A DNA stretch of 47,014 bases, from contig NC_068981.1 of NCBI RefSeq assembly GCF_001194135.2, positions 157,531,592 to 157,578,605 on the forward strand, in the 5' to 3' direction. This DNA comes from Octopus bimaculoides. Taxonomy: Eukaryota. The notes beneath the pieces were generated by a model. That model saw only the letters and a list, made by a program, of their open reading frames with translations, was not told the origin of the DNA and did not search any database. Shown piece after piece: positions 46,118-47,014 of the stretch. Numbering within the stretch: position 1 is the first letter of the stretch; every line of letters begins with the position of its first letter. The position numbers and the translations under genes were made by a program.

Positions 46118-46983
46118 TTTAGTAGGGGTTCGCAAACGTAACACAATAAATGCTTAAAATTTGAAACACAAATACAGATAATGGAAACCCAGCCACAGAA
46201 AGGTGAGAAGTCTCCACGTAGAGCACCTCACGACCTTGATCACCTGCTACGAATGCAAACGGGTGTCCCGAATTCAAAGTTGGAATATTTAGAGGAAACA
46301 CTAGCTCTCCCACTTTCCCTAGGGCGTGCTCCTGCGGTTCTTTAAAGACTACTGGTGTAATTCTTACGATCAATCCATCATTTTGGGTTCGTATTTCTTT
46401 GCTTTTCCTCCTTCTCCCCCTCCTCCTCATGAGAAGGCTCTCGAGTGATCGTTTTTTTTTTTAGTATTGTACGTATAACAATTGGGCTGTCTACTCTGTA
46501 ACATCAGTCAGACTCACTTTATTTCTGTCCCTCAATAGAGTATAGCTACACAATTGTCTCATAGTCTTATGTTGTGGATCACATCTGTGCTGATCACGTG
46601 TCAGTACTGTTGTACAAATATCTAGTAATGAATGAGGGAAAAATTATACACATAGCTTCATAACACGAACGAATAAGAAGTTTGGAGCAGCTCAACTGCT
46701 CCGTGGTCTAAAAAAACAGTTATACGCTTCCGCTTACTCTATCCTAATATCAAGCTAAGATTCATTCACCTCATTTTATAAGGTATCATAACTTCGTTGT
46801 ATTTACAAACAGCAACACAAGTGTATCACTGGAATAAATTCCCCAGGCAAACAGGCTTTTGCGACATATCACATTCATTCTATTCTATATTTCTTGAGGT
46901 GTCTGTCGTTGAGTCGCTACTTTTCGCCTACAAAGTTAGCAAATGATGGAATGTTGTTGGTATTTTCAAATTAATGGTTCTAG

Positions 46984-46986
<3 letters not shown>

Positions 46987-47014
<28 letters not shown>
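46987..47014. repeat. (TA)n at window end
   Basis: Direct reading. Confidence 0.95.

Noticed and set aside
46684-46702. Perfect 7-bp hairpin GGAGCAG-CTCAA-CTGCTCC as a Helitron 3' end
   Set aside because: CTAA lies only 5 nt downstream and is not followed by T; no other Helitron evidence.

Overview
AT-rich, microsatellite-saturated animal genomic scaffold with 14 N-gaps (about 4.2 kb). I find no intact protein-coding gene, RNA gene or CRISPR array. Nearly all long ORFs in the track are translations of (CA)n/(TA)n/(CATA)n repeats or N runs. The SINE repertoire and composition look like an octopod cephalopod (Octopus-type) draft genome; this is recognition from memory, not a database result. 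The window is a retroposon graveyard. It holds at least five tRNA-headed SINE families (my labels A, B, C, E, F), about 14 copies of an old headless (AAC)n-tailed repeat (D), fossils of RTE, CR1-group and R4/Dong-like LINEs, an internally inverted mariner transposase fossil and two MITE-like elements. The best second-look items are: two degenerate minimal type I hammerhead ribozyme folds of the Penelope-associated kind (36548-36595, 40031-40072); a structurally conserved twin stem-loop module shared by SINEs A and B; two closely spaced inverted SINE pairs (potential dsRNA); a nested SINE-in-SINE with an exact 10-bp TSD; microsatellite-targeted LINE insertions; and two unassigned decayed coding-like segments. 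I see no convincing novel multi-gene system. All alignments were done by eye, and element boundaries are approximate unless TSDs are quoted.
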